Shown: positions 1 through 9,612 of the stretch, one piece after another | Layout of the letters: every line of letters starts with the position of its first letter | Numbering within the stretch: position 1 is the stretch's first letter | Source: Fidelibacterota bacterium | Lineage (GTDB): Bacteria; Fidelibacterota; Marinisomatia; Marinisomatales; JABMOV01 | Length of the DNA stretch: 36,071 nucleotides | Assembly (NCBI GenBank): GCA_046861395.1 | Contig: JBHHUC010000018.1 | Span: 1-36,071, forward strand | Reading direction: 5' to 3' | Notes under the pieces: generated by a model | The model's input: only the letters and a program-made list of their open reading frames with translations | Database searches by the model: none | What the model was told of the DNA's origin: nothing | Program-made: the position numbers and the translations under genes

Positions 1-134
1 AAAACTCCATTTCCCAGCCACCTGCGTTCCACGTTTGTGGCTTGTCCGCCTTTTGCGTGGTTTATCCGTCGTTGCTGGATACAGTATAGACTGGCAGTGG
101 GGTTGGTAATAATTAACGGCTGGTAAAAAATGTT

Positions 135-1031
135 TCATTTAATTCCCAGTATTTTCACACTCACACTGTCAAAAGCAATTTTAACGGGGATACTAATTGG
201 GATTGTTTCATTTGGATCGAGAAATTCAGTGCAGTCATATTTGCATACTAAATCACCGGATTTATTACTAAACAATATCTCAAACTTCAATATTTTAGAC
301 TGATTAATTGCCCGATTACTGAGGAAAAATATTTGTTTTTCATTATGGCTAACTTCAACTGGATTGTGGGTAATTAATATTGAAAGACTATCAAAAACTT
401 TATAAACATTTAAATGCTTTGAAATTTGCTCAATAAATTCATTTTTTGATAAACAGTTAGAATTGTTGACACAGTTTAGTACGAGCAACGTGTCCAGAGA
501 ATTACTAATGGTCCCTATAGAAAAATATATATACTTTTCTAAGACACCATCGCAATAAAACTTTTTCAATAAAATGTAATCAATATTTAGTAAATCATTT
601 ACATAATCGTTCGTTAAAACTTCAGGAAATGCACCGTCCCAAGGTAAACCATTTTTTAACACATTTTTAGATTTTATATTTCCATTTGAATCAAATTGGA
701 TTATTTCTTCAACTGGTTCTTTGTATATGATTTCACTAACCTTATATCCTTCTTTATATTTCTCAATCTTCTCGATATTCCCCTCTTTATAATACTCTAT
801 TGAATTTAATGTACCGTCGGTATTCCAAATATTCCATTTCCCCTGCTTCTTACCATCATATATTTTCCCTAGCGGTATCCTCATACCATCAGATATGGAA
901 TAAACTCTACCATTTACCCGTTCGGTAGTATATTTTTTTATATAATAGTCTCCCTGCAATACAATTTGGTTTATCCCATATTCCTGCTGTGAATAAATGA
1001 TGGATACTAATAGAAATAATAAAATTTTCAT
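135..1031 (-). CDS. Secreted hypothetical protein with MORN-variant/YwqK-like repeats; AT-rich, probably horizontally acquired
   Basis: 298-aa ORF with an N-terminal signal peptide (MKILLFLLVSIIYSQ) and repeats such as GKKQGKWNIWNTDG..IEYYKEG and FDSNGNIKSK..LKNG. Sample lines 301-360 and 541-600 are 18/60 and 13/60 G+C, far below neighbouring genes. Confidence 0.7.
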   Translation of the reverse strand: MKILLFLLVSIIYSQQEYGINQIVLQGDYYIKKYTTERVNGRVYSISDGMRIPLGKIYDGKKQGKWNIWNTDGTLNSIEYYKEGNIEKIEKYKEGYKVSEIIYKEPVEEIIQFDSNGNIKSKNVLKNGLPWDGAFPEVLTNDYVNDLLNIDYILLKKFYCDGVLEKYIYFSIGTISNSLDTLLVLNCVNNSNCLSKNEFIEQISKHLNVYKVFDSLSILITHNPVEVSHNEKQIFFLSNRAINQSKILKFEILFSNKSGDLVCKYDCTEFLDPNETIPISIPVKIAFDSVSVKILGIK

Positions 1032-1145
1032 TTAAAGAAACTATTATTAAAATTATAAATATTCATGAAAACCATAAGTTTGCTTATAAACCCCAAGAGA
1101 TTATCGCCCAACTAATACTCATACTGAATTATCCTTATCGCAAAC

Positions 1146-1274
1146 ATCATGATATTTTTCCTCCATTTATGAAATAATATAAACCGCTGAACATTATTAT
1201 TCAATCAAATAATTCCATTCAAACTCCGTCTTAATATCATGATATTACGAGAGTGCATCAAGAATATCATGATA
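1146..1274. repeat. Three copies of the palindrome ATCATGAT(A)
   Basis: ATCATGAT at 1146-1153, a perfect 16-bp TAATATCATGATATTA at 1232-1247 and TATCATGATA at 1265-1274. Confidence 0.75.
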
Positions 1275-1394
1275 ATGCAAAATGATAGTGTAATAACTAT
1301 GGAATCATGTCCCGATCCGGTGTAAAACATTCGATTTCACCGCTTGGTCTGGTTGATTATTTTCTGACCTCTTACATGGAGCACTGCTGACACA

Positions 1395-2945
1395 ATGACC
1401 ACCTTATTTACCATTACCGGGATTTATGGACACCCGGATGCCGATGCCGTTCTATGCCGTGGCGGACGCATCCTGGCCATTGGTGGGCGGGCTGATTTTT
1501 CGGCCGATTCCGTTATTGATCTGGGGTCGGGTATGCTGTATCCCGGATTTACCGACAGTCACCTCCACCTCCTGGGCCTGGGCTGGTCCATGGAAGTTCT
1601 AAATCTGATCGGTACACCGTCCCCCGCAGCCGTTCTGGAACAGGTCGCCACGGCGGCCGGAACACTCGCGCCGGACACCTGGATCGAAGGTCGGGGCTGG
1701 GATCAAAATGACTGGCAGGAGGCGACGTTTCCCCATCGGTCGGCCCTGGACCGGGCGGCGCCCGATCATCCCGTGTGTTTACGACGGATCGACGGACACA
1801 TGGCCTGGGTGAATTCCCGTGCCCTGGCCGCTGCCGGCATTGACAGCCGGACACCGGATCCTCCGGGTGGAATCATTGCCAGAGACGATGCCGGTCAACC
1901 GACCGGGATTCTGATTGACAATGCCATGGAATTGCTGGAGGCGCATCGTCCCCGACCGGACCGGGAGACACGCGTCCGACAAATCAGGAAAGCGGTAGCT
2001 TATCTGAATTCACTTGGTCTTACCATGATCCATGATGCCGGCACCGAAAGGGAATCGATTGAAGTACTGGAGGACCTTATAGCCCGGGATTCTCTGCCTA
2101 TCCGCGTCTATGCCATGCTGGAGGATAAGGAAGAAACCGTGGCGCCTTACCTGGCGTCCGGTCCTGTCCGGGCCCGGTTTCTGACGATCCGCGCCATTAA
2201 ACTATACCTGGACGGTGCCATGGGAAGCCGCGGGGCCGCCCTGCTGGCACCCTACCATGATGATCCGGACAATACGGGATTGTTGCTGATGACACCGGAA
2301 ATCCTAACCGCAAAAATCCGCCGGTTCAATGCTGCCGGATTTCAGGTGGGAGTTCATGCCATCGGCGACCGGGCCAATCGTCTGGCCCTGACCGCTTTTG
2401 CTGATGCCGGAAGGGAAAATGCTCGCAACCGCATTGAACATGCTCAGAATATTTCCGCTCATGATTTATCCCGCTTCCATGAGGCGGCTGTGATCCCGGT
2501 GATGCAGGCCACCCATTGCACCAGTGATATGTATTGGGTGGCAGAACGGCTGGGAAAGGAACGGCTGACACAGGTATGTCCCTGGCGGTCACTGGTGCAG
2601 GCCGGCAGTATCATTCCCGGAGGATCGGATGCTCCGGTGGAAAGTCCCGACCCCCGATTGGGAATCTATGCGGCCATCACTCGCCAGGATACAGCCGGCT
2701 GGCCGGCCGGCGGCTGGCAACCACAGGAAAAGCTGACCTTGTCCGACGCTATAAAGATGGTTACGGAATGGCCGGCCCGAGTGGCCTTTCTGGAGAAGGA
2801 CAACGGACAACTGCGTCCCGGATTTCGGGCCGACTTTACCGTTCTGGCCGAACCGTTGTCGGCTGACAATCCTCGAGACATTCTGACCAATGAAGTAAAA
2901 TTCACCATCCTGGCCGGCAACATTGTTTATTCAGGAGAATCATGA
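1395..2945 (+). CDS. Amidohydrolase family 3 (YtcJ-like) metal-dependent hydrolase
   Basis: PGFTDSHLH, GRGWDQ, RIDGH..WVNS, KLYLDGAMGSRGA, HAIGDRA, RIEHAQ and GSDAPV motifs. Confidence 0.92.
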   Translation: MTTLFTITGIYGHPDADAVLCRGGRILAIGGRADFSADSVIDLGSGMLYPGFTDSHLHLLGLGWSMEVLNLIGTPSPAAVLEQVATAAGTLAPDTWIEGRGWDQNDWQEATFPHRSALDRAAPDHPVCLRRIDGHMAWVNSRALAAAGIDSRTPDPPGGIIARDDAGQPTGILIDNAMELLEAHRPRPDRETRVRQIRKAVAYLNSLGLTMIHDAGTERESIEVLEDLIARDSLPIRVYAMLEDKEETVAPYLASGPVRARFLTIRAIKLYLDGAMGSRGAALLAPYHDDPDNTGLLLMTPEILTAKIRRFNAAGFQVGVHAIGDRANRLALTAFADAGRENARNRIEHAQNISAHDLSRFHEAAVIPVMQATHCTSDMYWVAERLGKERLTQVCPWRSLVQAGSIIPGGSDAPVESPDPRLGIYAAITRQDTAGWPAGGWQPQEKLTLSDAIKMVTEWPARVAFLEKDNGQLRPGFRADFTVLAEPLSADNPRDILTNEVKFTILAGNIVYSGES

Positions 2946-3682
2946 CACTTTCACATAATAAGCTCAAACAATTACGTGCCCTGCACCAGAAAAAATATCG
3001 TGATTTGCAAGGACGATATCTGGCCGAAGGACGCCGGACTGTATCAGAAATGCTGCTGGCCTCCGGTCCGGTGGAAGAAATATTACTGCGGGAAGGGCCG
3101 GATACGACAATGAAGGACCTGGCGGTACAGGCGGAAAAGGCCGGAATCACCGTACATTGTATGAACGGAAAGACGTATGACCGGATAACCCGGACCACCC
3201 ACCCGGCGGGTATTGCAGCTGTCTGTCGTGTCGTGCCGGGCACGTCGAACCGGGAAGGGAATTGGATCTATCTGGATCGCATTTCCGATCCGGGAAATGC
3301 AGGTACCATCCTGCGAACGGCTGTCTGGTTCGGGTGTACCAACATGGCCTTTTCGCCCGCTTCCGTGGATGCCTATAATCCGAAGGTGGTTCGCGCTGCC
3401 ATGGGAGCTCATGCCCGGTGTAATATCGTGGAGCAAACGTCCTGGCAGGATCTTCCCGTCACGACGATTCTGGCGGCGGATATGAGCGGTACGCCGGTGG
3501 AGGAAAGTCCGCTTCCCGCCGAACCCTGGATGTTGGTTCTGGGCAGTGAAGCCCATGGATTATCCCCTGAATTGAAGCAGGTCGCCACGATGCAGGTGGC
3601 CATTCCCCGGCGCGGTCAGGGCGAATCGTTGAATGTGAGTGTAGCGGCCGGAATTTTATTATATCGTTTGTGTAAAGTTTAA
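2942..3682 (+). CDS. TrmH/SpoU-family RNA 2'-O-methyltransferase
   Basis: DPGNAGTILRTA, VLGSEAHG and ESLNVSVA SPOUT motifs; ATGA overlap with the upstream gene. Confidence 0.92.
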   Translation: MTLSHNKLKQLRALHQKKYRDLQGRYLAEGRRTVSEMLLASGPVEEILLREGPDTTMKDLAVQAEKAGITVHCMNGKTYDRITRTTHPAGIAAVCRVVPGTSNREGNWIYLDRISDPGNAGTILRTAVWFGCTNMAFSPASVDAYNPKVVRAAMGAHARCNIVEQTSWQDLPVTTILAADMSGTPVEESPLPAEPWMLVLGSEAHGLSPELKQVATMQVAIPRRGQGESLNVSVAAGILLYRLCKV

Positions 3683-4479
3683 AGCCTGACGTGTTCCACC
3701 TGGGGCGCGGCAGTTCCTAGGAAGCGACCGGCAATGGTTTCGAACTGGGCGGGAAGATCGGTCACCATACAGGTGAAGGATCCCGTTTCTCCGTCGTCGG
3801 CGGACAGGTGTCGCGTTTTCAGTATTTCAGCAATCTTGCCCACGATGGCGGTAGCCGAATCCACCAGCGTTGTGCCGGGCTTTACCACCTGTTGCAGGAC
3901 CGGTTTCAGCAGGGGATAATGGGTACAACCGAGAATCAGAGTATCGACAGAGGAAGCATTTATGTCCGCCAGATATTTTTCTGCCACCGCTTCCACAATC
4001 GGACCGTCCAGCCAGCCTTCTTCCACCAGGGGGACGAACAGGGGACAGGGTGTCGCACGTAAGAGTAAATTCGCCCGTCGCAATTGCAGTTGAGCCTGGT
4101 AGGCGCCGGAACGAATGGTGGCGATGGTCCCAATGATACCGATATGGTTGTTTTCCGTGGCGGCCAGGGCGGTTTCTACCCCCGGTTCAATCACGCCGAC
4201 TACCGGCAGCGACCATTCCGTTTGCAATACGTCCAGAGCCAGCGCCGAAGCCGTGTTACAGGCCACGATAATCATTTTGGCATCATACCCGACCAGGTAT
4301 TCGGAGATCTGACGGGAATAGGATTGGACGGCGGTGGCACTTTTGTTGCCATAGGGAACCCGGGCTGTGTCACCCAGATAAAGTATCGATTCCTGGGGCA
4401 GGGCCTGCCTCAGGGCACGGACAACGGTCAATCCGCCCAGACCGGAATCAAAAACGCCAATCGGTCGCGGATCGCTCAT
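3679..4479 (-). CDS. murI: Glutamate racemase
   Basis: IGVFDSGLGGLTV, VACNTAS and LGCTHYP catalytic motifs. Confidence 0.97.
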   Translation of the reverse strand: MSDPRPIGVFDSGLGGLTVVRALRQALPQESILYLGDTARVPYGNKSATAVQSYSRQISEYLVGYDAKMIIVACNTASALALDVLQTEWSLPVVGVIEPGVETALAATENNHIGIIGTIATIRSGAYQAQLQLRRANLLLRATPCPLFVPLVEEGWLDGPIVEAVAEKYLADINASSVDTLILGCTHYPLLKPVLQQVVKPGTTLVDSATAIVGKIAEILKTRHLSADDGETGSFTCMVTDLPAQFETIAGRFLGTAAPQVEHVRL

Positions 4480-5963
4480 CCGCCTTCGGCCAGAACCTGT
4501 TCCCGGGAAGACTTGAAGGCCACAATGGCCCGATACACAGCTTCGGCAATTTTCTGCCGGTAGGCGGCGTTTTTCAAGTTGCGTTCTTCCTTGGGATTGG
4601 AGAGAAATCCCGTTTCTACCAGGACGTTGGGCATACTGGCACCGATAAGAACATAGAAGCCGGCCTGCTTCACTCCACGGTTTTTGGAGTCTAGTCGTTT
4701 ATCCATTTCGGACTGAATAATGGCGGCAAAATCTTCGCTTTCCTTCATGAACATACTCTGGGCCATGGTCGCCATGATTAGATTGGGTCCGCTGAGTTCG
4801 GCATATTTTTCACCCTTGCGTTCTTCCAGCCGGATCACGCCGTTTTCCCGCGAAGATACTTCAATGGCATCATCTGTTTTGCCCGGCCGCAACAGATAGG
4901 TTTCAAATCCCCGCGCATTGCGATTCGGGTTGGAATTCGCATGGATGGATACAAAAACTTTACCATTGTTCTCATTGGCAATCTTCGTCCGTTTCCAAAG
5001 GGGGACGAAAACATCTTCGTCCCGGGTGTAGACGACATGAATATTCGTATTTTTCTCCAGCAATAATCCGATGCGCTTCACGATGTCCAGTGTAATATCC
5101 TTTTCCCGGGTTCCGTATTTGCCCACCGTGCCACCGTCCTTGCCGCCATGACCGGCATCTAGGACGACGGTATCGAGCCGCCAGCGATCCCGGACATTTT
5201 TAATCCGTGCCGCACTTTTGGCCAGCGGGGTACGCAAGGTGATTACCAGTTCGCTGGGATCGGCATTCTGGTAGAATTCATGGCCTTCGATATCGGACAT
5301 TAGACGGAAAGCCAGTTGTACGGAACTGTCCATCTGATCGGCGACAACTCCACGGATCACGCCCCGGGTTTCGGCCCGCTTGAGCGCCAAAGTGTCCACC
5401 AGGCCTTCCTTGATGGTGACGTAGAACCAGCCGTTATCGTGTTTGAAAGTACTGATATTACGTTCATCAAACATTTTCCGGGTCTGGATGCGTAGAATGG
5501 TTCCGTTGGCTTTTTCTTCGATCTTCAGTCCGGTGATATTGAAGGACAGGAGAGCGATATCCAGTATGTGGCGATCTTCGTCATAGACCAGTCCCGGCAT
5601 GACGGTAGTACGTAAAATATGGAAAAAAGTGGCGGCGGGCAGATAAATATCATCACCCTGTAAAATGGAATGGGTCGTCATCTGGTAAACTTTTTCCCCC
5701 ACCATGATGAATCCCGTCCCGGCGGAAAGTTTGACACGGTGATCGCCGATATATAATACCATTTTTTCCCGGTCAGCGTTGAAATAGGGTTCATGGGAGG
5801 TGACGATCGTCGAAAAATTCCGGGCTGATACATACGTATTCTGTTTCCCCGCCATGGTCTTCAATTCGGTGGTGGATGCATCCAGCCGGTTGATGACCTG
5901 TACTGTAGAGGCCTGTCCCAGAGTCAGGATAAGAAGAAATGATAATATGTATCTGTGAAACAT
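4476..5963 (-). CDS. N-acetylmuramoyl-L-alanine amidase (Amidase_3, AmiC-like) with a long N-terminal region
   Basis: Signal peptide; VVLDAGHGGKD, REKD, FVSIHANS and PNVLVETGFLSN motifs; 4-nt overlap with murI. Confidence 0.93.
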   Translation of the reverse strand: MFHRYILSFLLILTLGQASTVQVINRLDASTTELKTMAGKQNTYVSARNFSTIVTSHEPYFNADREKMVLYIGDHRVKLSAGTGFIMVGEKVYQMTTHSILQGDDIYLPAATFFHILRTTVMPGLVYDEDRHILDIALLSFNITGLKIEEKANGTILRIQTRKMFDERNISTFKHDNGWFYVTIKEGLVDTLALKRAETRGVIRGVVADQMDSSVQLAFRLMSDIEGHEFYQNADPSELVITLRTPLAKSAARIKNVRDRWRLDTVVLDAGHGGKDGGTVGKYGTREKDITLDIVKRIGLLLEKNTNIHVVYTRDEDVFVPLWKRTKIANENNGKVFVSIHANSNPNRNARGFETYLLRPGKTDDAIEVSSRENGVIRLEERKGEKYAELSGPNLIMATMAQSMFMKESEDFAAIIQSEMDKRLDSKNRGVKQAGFYVLIGASMPNVLVETGFLSNPKEERNLKNAAYRQKIAEAVYRAIVAFKSSREQVLAEGG

Positions 5964-6128
5964 AAGGGCAAAAATAATGTACGCGATTGAGCACTTCCAA
6001 TGGCTTAGATTGTCCCCGCTGGCTCAGAAGATCGGGCCAAAACAACCGAAACCGTGTTATCCGGAATATCCTTGTTGCGAAGATTGGTGCCGCCCTTAAT
6101 GTGACAATCCGGCCGTTAGGATCGGGGA

Positions 6129-7904
6129 CTACAGGGCCGTAGTAAAGACAATGCCGCCGTCAAACCGAAGGGGAACCTGGAAGTGGCTCCATTGCCACCG
6201 GGCCCGAAATGCTACCAAGCTCCCGGACGGAAAGGAATACCGATAGGACAGGGCCACCGATTGTCGTGAATCGGGAATCATGATGGACCGCATTTCCCCG
6301 GGCAGATTCGTATCCCAGAAATAAAGCCGGCTGGCAAAATCATTCACATGGGCCATCAGCAGACTGAATTCCAATTGGTGATAGCCGGGATGATAGTAGA
6401 GCGTGGTCTGTCCGCCAATGGAGTGGTCCTTGAACCGATCGGGTTGTACGATGATAATCTGGTTTTTCAGTTTCAAGACGGGAGATACTGTCCAGTAGTG
6501 GGTGAGAGACCGGGTGATCCGAACCGACACCGGCGGTGAAATTGGGGTATAATAAATTTCATCGTCCCGTTGTTTTTCCTTTTGCTTCACCAGGAAGCGG
6601 ACCCGGTGGCCGGTGACGTGATATTCCCACAGCAGTCCATTTTCATAACCGGTATCCGGCCCTCGTCCGGTAGTGCGAAAAATATCGGAATACAGGCTCA
6701 CAGTGTGGGCTCCGGAGCGAAAGCGAAGACCCTGATAGATGCCTTTTTCGTGGGCCGTTGCCGGGGACCATTCCAGCATGGGATTAGTCCGACTGCCGCC
6801 GGGTTCCGTTTCCGCGTAGCGCCCCATGATGCGATATTGCAGCGGTTTGAATTTCAGGGACAGGACCAGAGCGCCGGAAAAAGGTTGCAACAGGGATACT
6901 TCAGCCGCCAGGGCCACCGGATTTTTCTCCACCCAGCCATAGCCAAAAAGCCGGAATCGCCGAACGAATTGTGTTGCTTTGTAATAGGTTGCATGAGAAA
7001 GTGTCATACCAGCCCCGCCGGATTTCAGGGACGCTTCCATCCCGGCCACAACCATGGCCTCCCCGATCGCTCCGGCATTCCAGCCCGTGGTATTCAATGT
7101 CAATTGCCGATCTTGTGTAATAATTCCTCGAATCGGGCGCCGTGAAAGAGCCAATGTGAATTTTTTCGATGAATGCTGCCGCTGGACCGCCATTCCCCGT
7201 AGGGACCAGGAAGCATAACTGCTGCGGTAGGGAATAATACGGGTATTCGGTCTGAGACGAGTTTGCACGGTGGTAAAGCTTTTCTGTATTGCTGTGGGGC
7301 GCCAGAAATGAAATCCAAGACCGGAAAGAATCTGATAATCGCCCAGCCAAACGGTCGTATGATTAAGACGGTATTCCAGATAAGCCGTGGGTATGGTTGT
7401 GGCCAGGGGCTCATCCGGGCTCAGGGCCAGGGTCCAGCCATAGGCCAGCTTATTGCGGGACCAGCGTCCTTTCCAATGCCACCGTGTGACATTACCGTCT
7501 GTCAGTCGGGTTTGCAGGTACCCGGGGCCGGATCGACGTTTTGTACGAACGGAAACCAATCCGGTGATCTTTTTCAGCGTAATAGGTGCCTGTTCATCCC
7601 GCCGGATGGTGGTCAGACTTTTCCCCGATGGACAGGCCCGTAAATATTCCAGGTCCGGCTGGGATAAAAAGGATAATTCTTCCGCCAGGTGGCGAAAAGT
7701 GGCATCATCCCGACCGGAAAGCAGAGTCAGCGTTTCCAGCCGGTCCAGATCCTCTTCCGAAATCGTGATTTCCGGATCAGTAAGCAGTTGATCGAGGATC
7801 GTACCGCTATTTTGTCCGCAGGCCTTTCCCGGGAAGGTCCAAAACCAGAGACAGACCAGTCCGAGTAGAAAAACGCGTAAGATCATGATAATAGATAATT
7901 TCAT
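6129..7904 (-). CDS. Outer-membrane beta-barrel-like protein, resembling FCB helix-hairpin-helix/ComEA-annotated proteins (start may be 7886)
   Basis: Signal peptide; LGDYQ..SGLG..FW, PYRSS...LRGMA and D(F)ASRLYFW..NLP motifs recalled from that family; alternating beta-strand pattern; only a degenerate HhH-like segment (EELSFLSQPDLEYL). Confidence 0.55.
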   Translation of the reverse strand: MKLSIIMILRVFLLGLVCLWFWTFPGKACGQNSGTILDQLLTDPEITISEEDLDRLETLTLLSGRDDATFRHLAEELSFLSQPDLEYLRACPSGKSLTTIRRDEQAPITLKKITGLVSVRTKRRSGPGYLQTRLTDGNVTRWHWKGRWSRNKLAYGWTLALSPDEPLATTIPTAYLEYRLNHTTVWLGDYQILSGLGFHFWRPTAIQKSFTTVQTRLRPNTRIIPYRSSYASWSLRGMAVQRQHSSKKFTLALSRRPIRGIITQDRQLTLNTTGWNAGAIGEAMVVAGMEASLKSGGAGMTLSHATYYKATQFVRRFRLFGYGWVEKNPVALAAEVSLLQPFSGALVLSLKFKPLQYRIMGRYAETEPGGSRTNPMLEWSPATAHEKGIYQGLRFRSGAHTVSLYSDIFRTTGRGPDTGYENGLLWEYHVTGHRVRFLVKQKEKQRDDEIYYTPISPPVSVRITRSLTHYWTVSPVLKLKNQIIIVQPDRFKDHSIGGQTTLYYHPGYHQLEFSLLMAHVNDFASRLYFWDTNLPGEMRSIMIPDSRQSVALSYRYSFPSGSLVAFRARWQWSHFQVPLRFDGGIVFTTAL

Positions 7905-8613
7905 AGAAGAAAGAACAGTTTAACCAGGAAAATGAAACGCTGCCCAGAATCCGGGTGGGATGACGAGCATAGCCCGATAAACATTGCAACCGGGGCGAGG
8001 GTGAATAGATGAGCCAGATCGCGGATTCCAATGGATCATAGCCCCGGGATAAATCCTGGGTCCAGCGGACATGGCCGGTGAGGAATGCAAGTGGCTGCCA
8101 GCGAGTTTCCAGCCGCGCCACCACCGGCAGCTCTTCCCGGGAGCGGCCGATTCGGGGTTGATTGATATTTCGCAAAGCAAACCGCCAATGCAGGTCAGAC
8201 CGCACCCGGCCAGCCAATTCCAGCGAAAGCCCCCAGGTCCGGGCCTGACCGTAATCGCGAATCCGCAAACTATAGTTCTGCAATGAAAGGGAAACAAGTA
8301 GCGGACGTCGGACCTGGTACCCGTACTGCAACGCCAGAGTTGATTCGGTATAAATCGTATTTCCATACTGGAAATGGGCCAGCCGAAACCGGTGCCGTGT
8401 CCAGGACCCGAAAATTTGTTGTTGGTGATAATATAGTCCTGGCAGCCGAAAGGGTCGTCCTCTTTCCAGTGATAGATTCAATGATAAATCATGGGATGGT
8501 AGGAAGCCCGGCGGTCGGCGGGACATGAAAAATTGTTCATCGGGATGAAGTTCAAAAGCGGCCTGTAGATAGGTCAAAATCCATATCAAAAATATAGCTG
8601 ATTTATGTGACAT
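7807..8613 (-). CDS. Hypothetical outer-membrane beta-barrel protein
   Basis: Signal peptide, amphipathic aromatic-rich strands (YGNTIYTES, RNINQPRIGRSREELP); overlaps the downstream gene by 80-98 nt. Confidence 0.6.
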   Translation of the reverse strand: MSHKSAIFLIWILTYLQAAFELHPDEQFFMSRRPPGFLPSHDLSLNLSLERGRPFRLPGLYYHQQQIFGSWTRHRFRLAHFQYGNTIYTESTLALQYGYQVRRPLLVSLSLQNYSLRIRDYGQARTWGLSLELAGRVRSDLHWRFALRNINQPRIGRSREELPVVARLETRWQPLAFLTGHVRWTQDLSRGYDPLESAIWLIYSPSPRLQCLSGYARHPTRILGSVSFSWLNCSFFYEIIYYHDLTRFSTRTGLSLVLDLPGKGLRTK

Positions 8614-8658
8614 CGCACCCTCGTGTATAACATGAATATAATTAAGGTGAATTTTACA

Positions 8659-8685
8659 GGATATTAGGGAAAAATCCTAATATCC
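8659..8685. promoter_or_regulatory. Perfect 10-bp inverted repeat (operator or terminator)
   Basis: GGATATTAGG-GAAAAAT-CCTAATATCC between the GT2 stop (8695) and the barrel gene start (8613); no clear U-tract on either side. Confidence 0.55.
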
Positions 8686-8694
8686 ACTGGAAAA

Positions 8695-9612
8695 TTATTC
8701 GGGTGGCAATGCTTGTGACCGGTAACGGGCACGGGCACCGTCAATGGCGGCAGCGATTACCAAATAACGCGTTAATAATCCATGCGGGTACAGGGTGCGC
8801 AACGTGCGAACCAGGATACGGATCAGGGGATTAAAGACGATATAACCGCGTATCGAGCGTATCCAGGGGCCGCCCAGTTCACGAGTTTGCTCAGGATGTT
8901 TTTCCAGCAGCAACGGCAAATTATGATAACCATACGTTGTCATGGATCGGCAAAAGTCCTCCATCGTGCGGGGATGGTGGTGAATGACGGTGGCAGCGGG
9001 GAGAAATCGCAGTCCTTGGGGGAATTGTTTGGCGATACGAATGGCCAGATCCGTGTCTTCCCCACCATAAGCTCGGAAAGTATCATCAAAGTAGCCGATC
9101 TGATCCAGTACAGTTTTCCTTATGGCGCAATTCCCAAAGAGAAACCACTGAAAACCCAAGGGTGTTTCAGGCGGAAACTGTCGTGCGCCGCGATCGGGTC
9201 CGAAATAATACCGGTCAAAAGATGACAAGGTTTGTTCCGGGGGTGGCTGATTGTCACCCATGACGGCGACCACATCGGCATCGGCCAGACCCATTACCAG
9301 GGTGGCGATCCAGTGCTTCGGTACTTCCATGTCTCCATCCAGAAAAAGAATAATATTCCCCTTGGCCTGTTCGATTCCACTGTTCCGGGTGGCGGCCAGA
9401 CCGCGGTTGGTGTCATGTGTGATGATCCTGAAATGGGGGACGGAAGCAAAAGACGCCAATATCCGGGCCGTTGCGTCATTTGAGGCGTCGTCAATGAAAA
9501 GACATTCCACTCTTTCCAGGGGGTAGGTTTGGGTGGTCAGGCTCCGGCAGCATTTTTCCAGAGCCCGCTCCACATTATAACAGGGGACGATGACACTGAC
9601 CGTTACAGCCAT
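8695..9612 (-). CDS. Glycosyltransferase family 2
   Basis: VSVIVPCYN, IDDASND, NRGLAATRNSG, FLDGD and GGEDTDL motifs. Confidence 0.93.
   Translation of the reverse strand: MAVTVSVIVPCYNVERALEKCCRSLTTQTYPLERVECLFIDDASNDATARILASFASVPHFRIITHDTNRGLAATRNSGIEQAKGNIILFLDGDMEVPKHWIATLVMGLADADVVAVMGDNQPPPEQTLSSFDRYYFGPDRGARQFPPETPLGFQWFLFGNCAIRKTVLDQIGYFDDTFRAYGGEDTDLAIRIAKQFPQGLRFLPAATVIHHHPRTMEDFCRSMTTYGYHNLPLLLEKHPEQTRELGGPWIRSIRGYIVFNPLIRILVRTLRTLYPHGLLTRYLVIAAAIDGARARYRSQALPPE

Noticed and set aside
1..134. Possible attC site or REP-like hairpins (AGCCAC/GTGGCT, CCACG/CGTGG) downstream of the AT-rich gene
   Set aside because: There is no RYYYAAC...GTTRRRY pair, the stems are only 5-6 bp, and the region is truncated by the window edge.
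135..1031. Toxin-antitoxin module (YwqK-like antitoxin)
   Set aside because: MORN-variant repeats are generic, the protein has a signal peptide, and no toxin gene is visible in the window.
5964..6128. Possible structured ncRNA upstream of the amidase (GATTGTC 6008-6014 / GACAATC 6103-6109)
   Set aside because: Only a 7-bp long-range complement with no convincing internal pairing or recognisable family. An Infernal/Rfam search would be needed.
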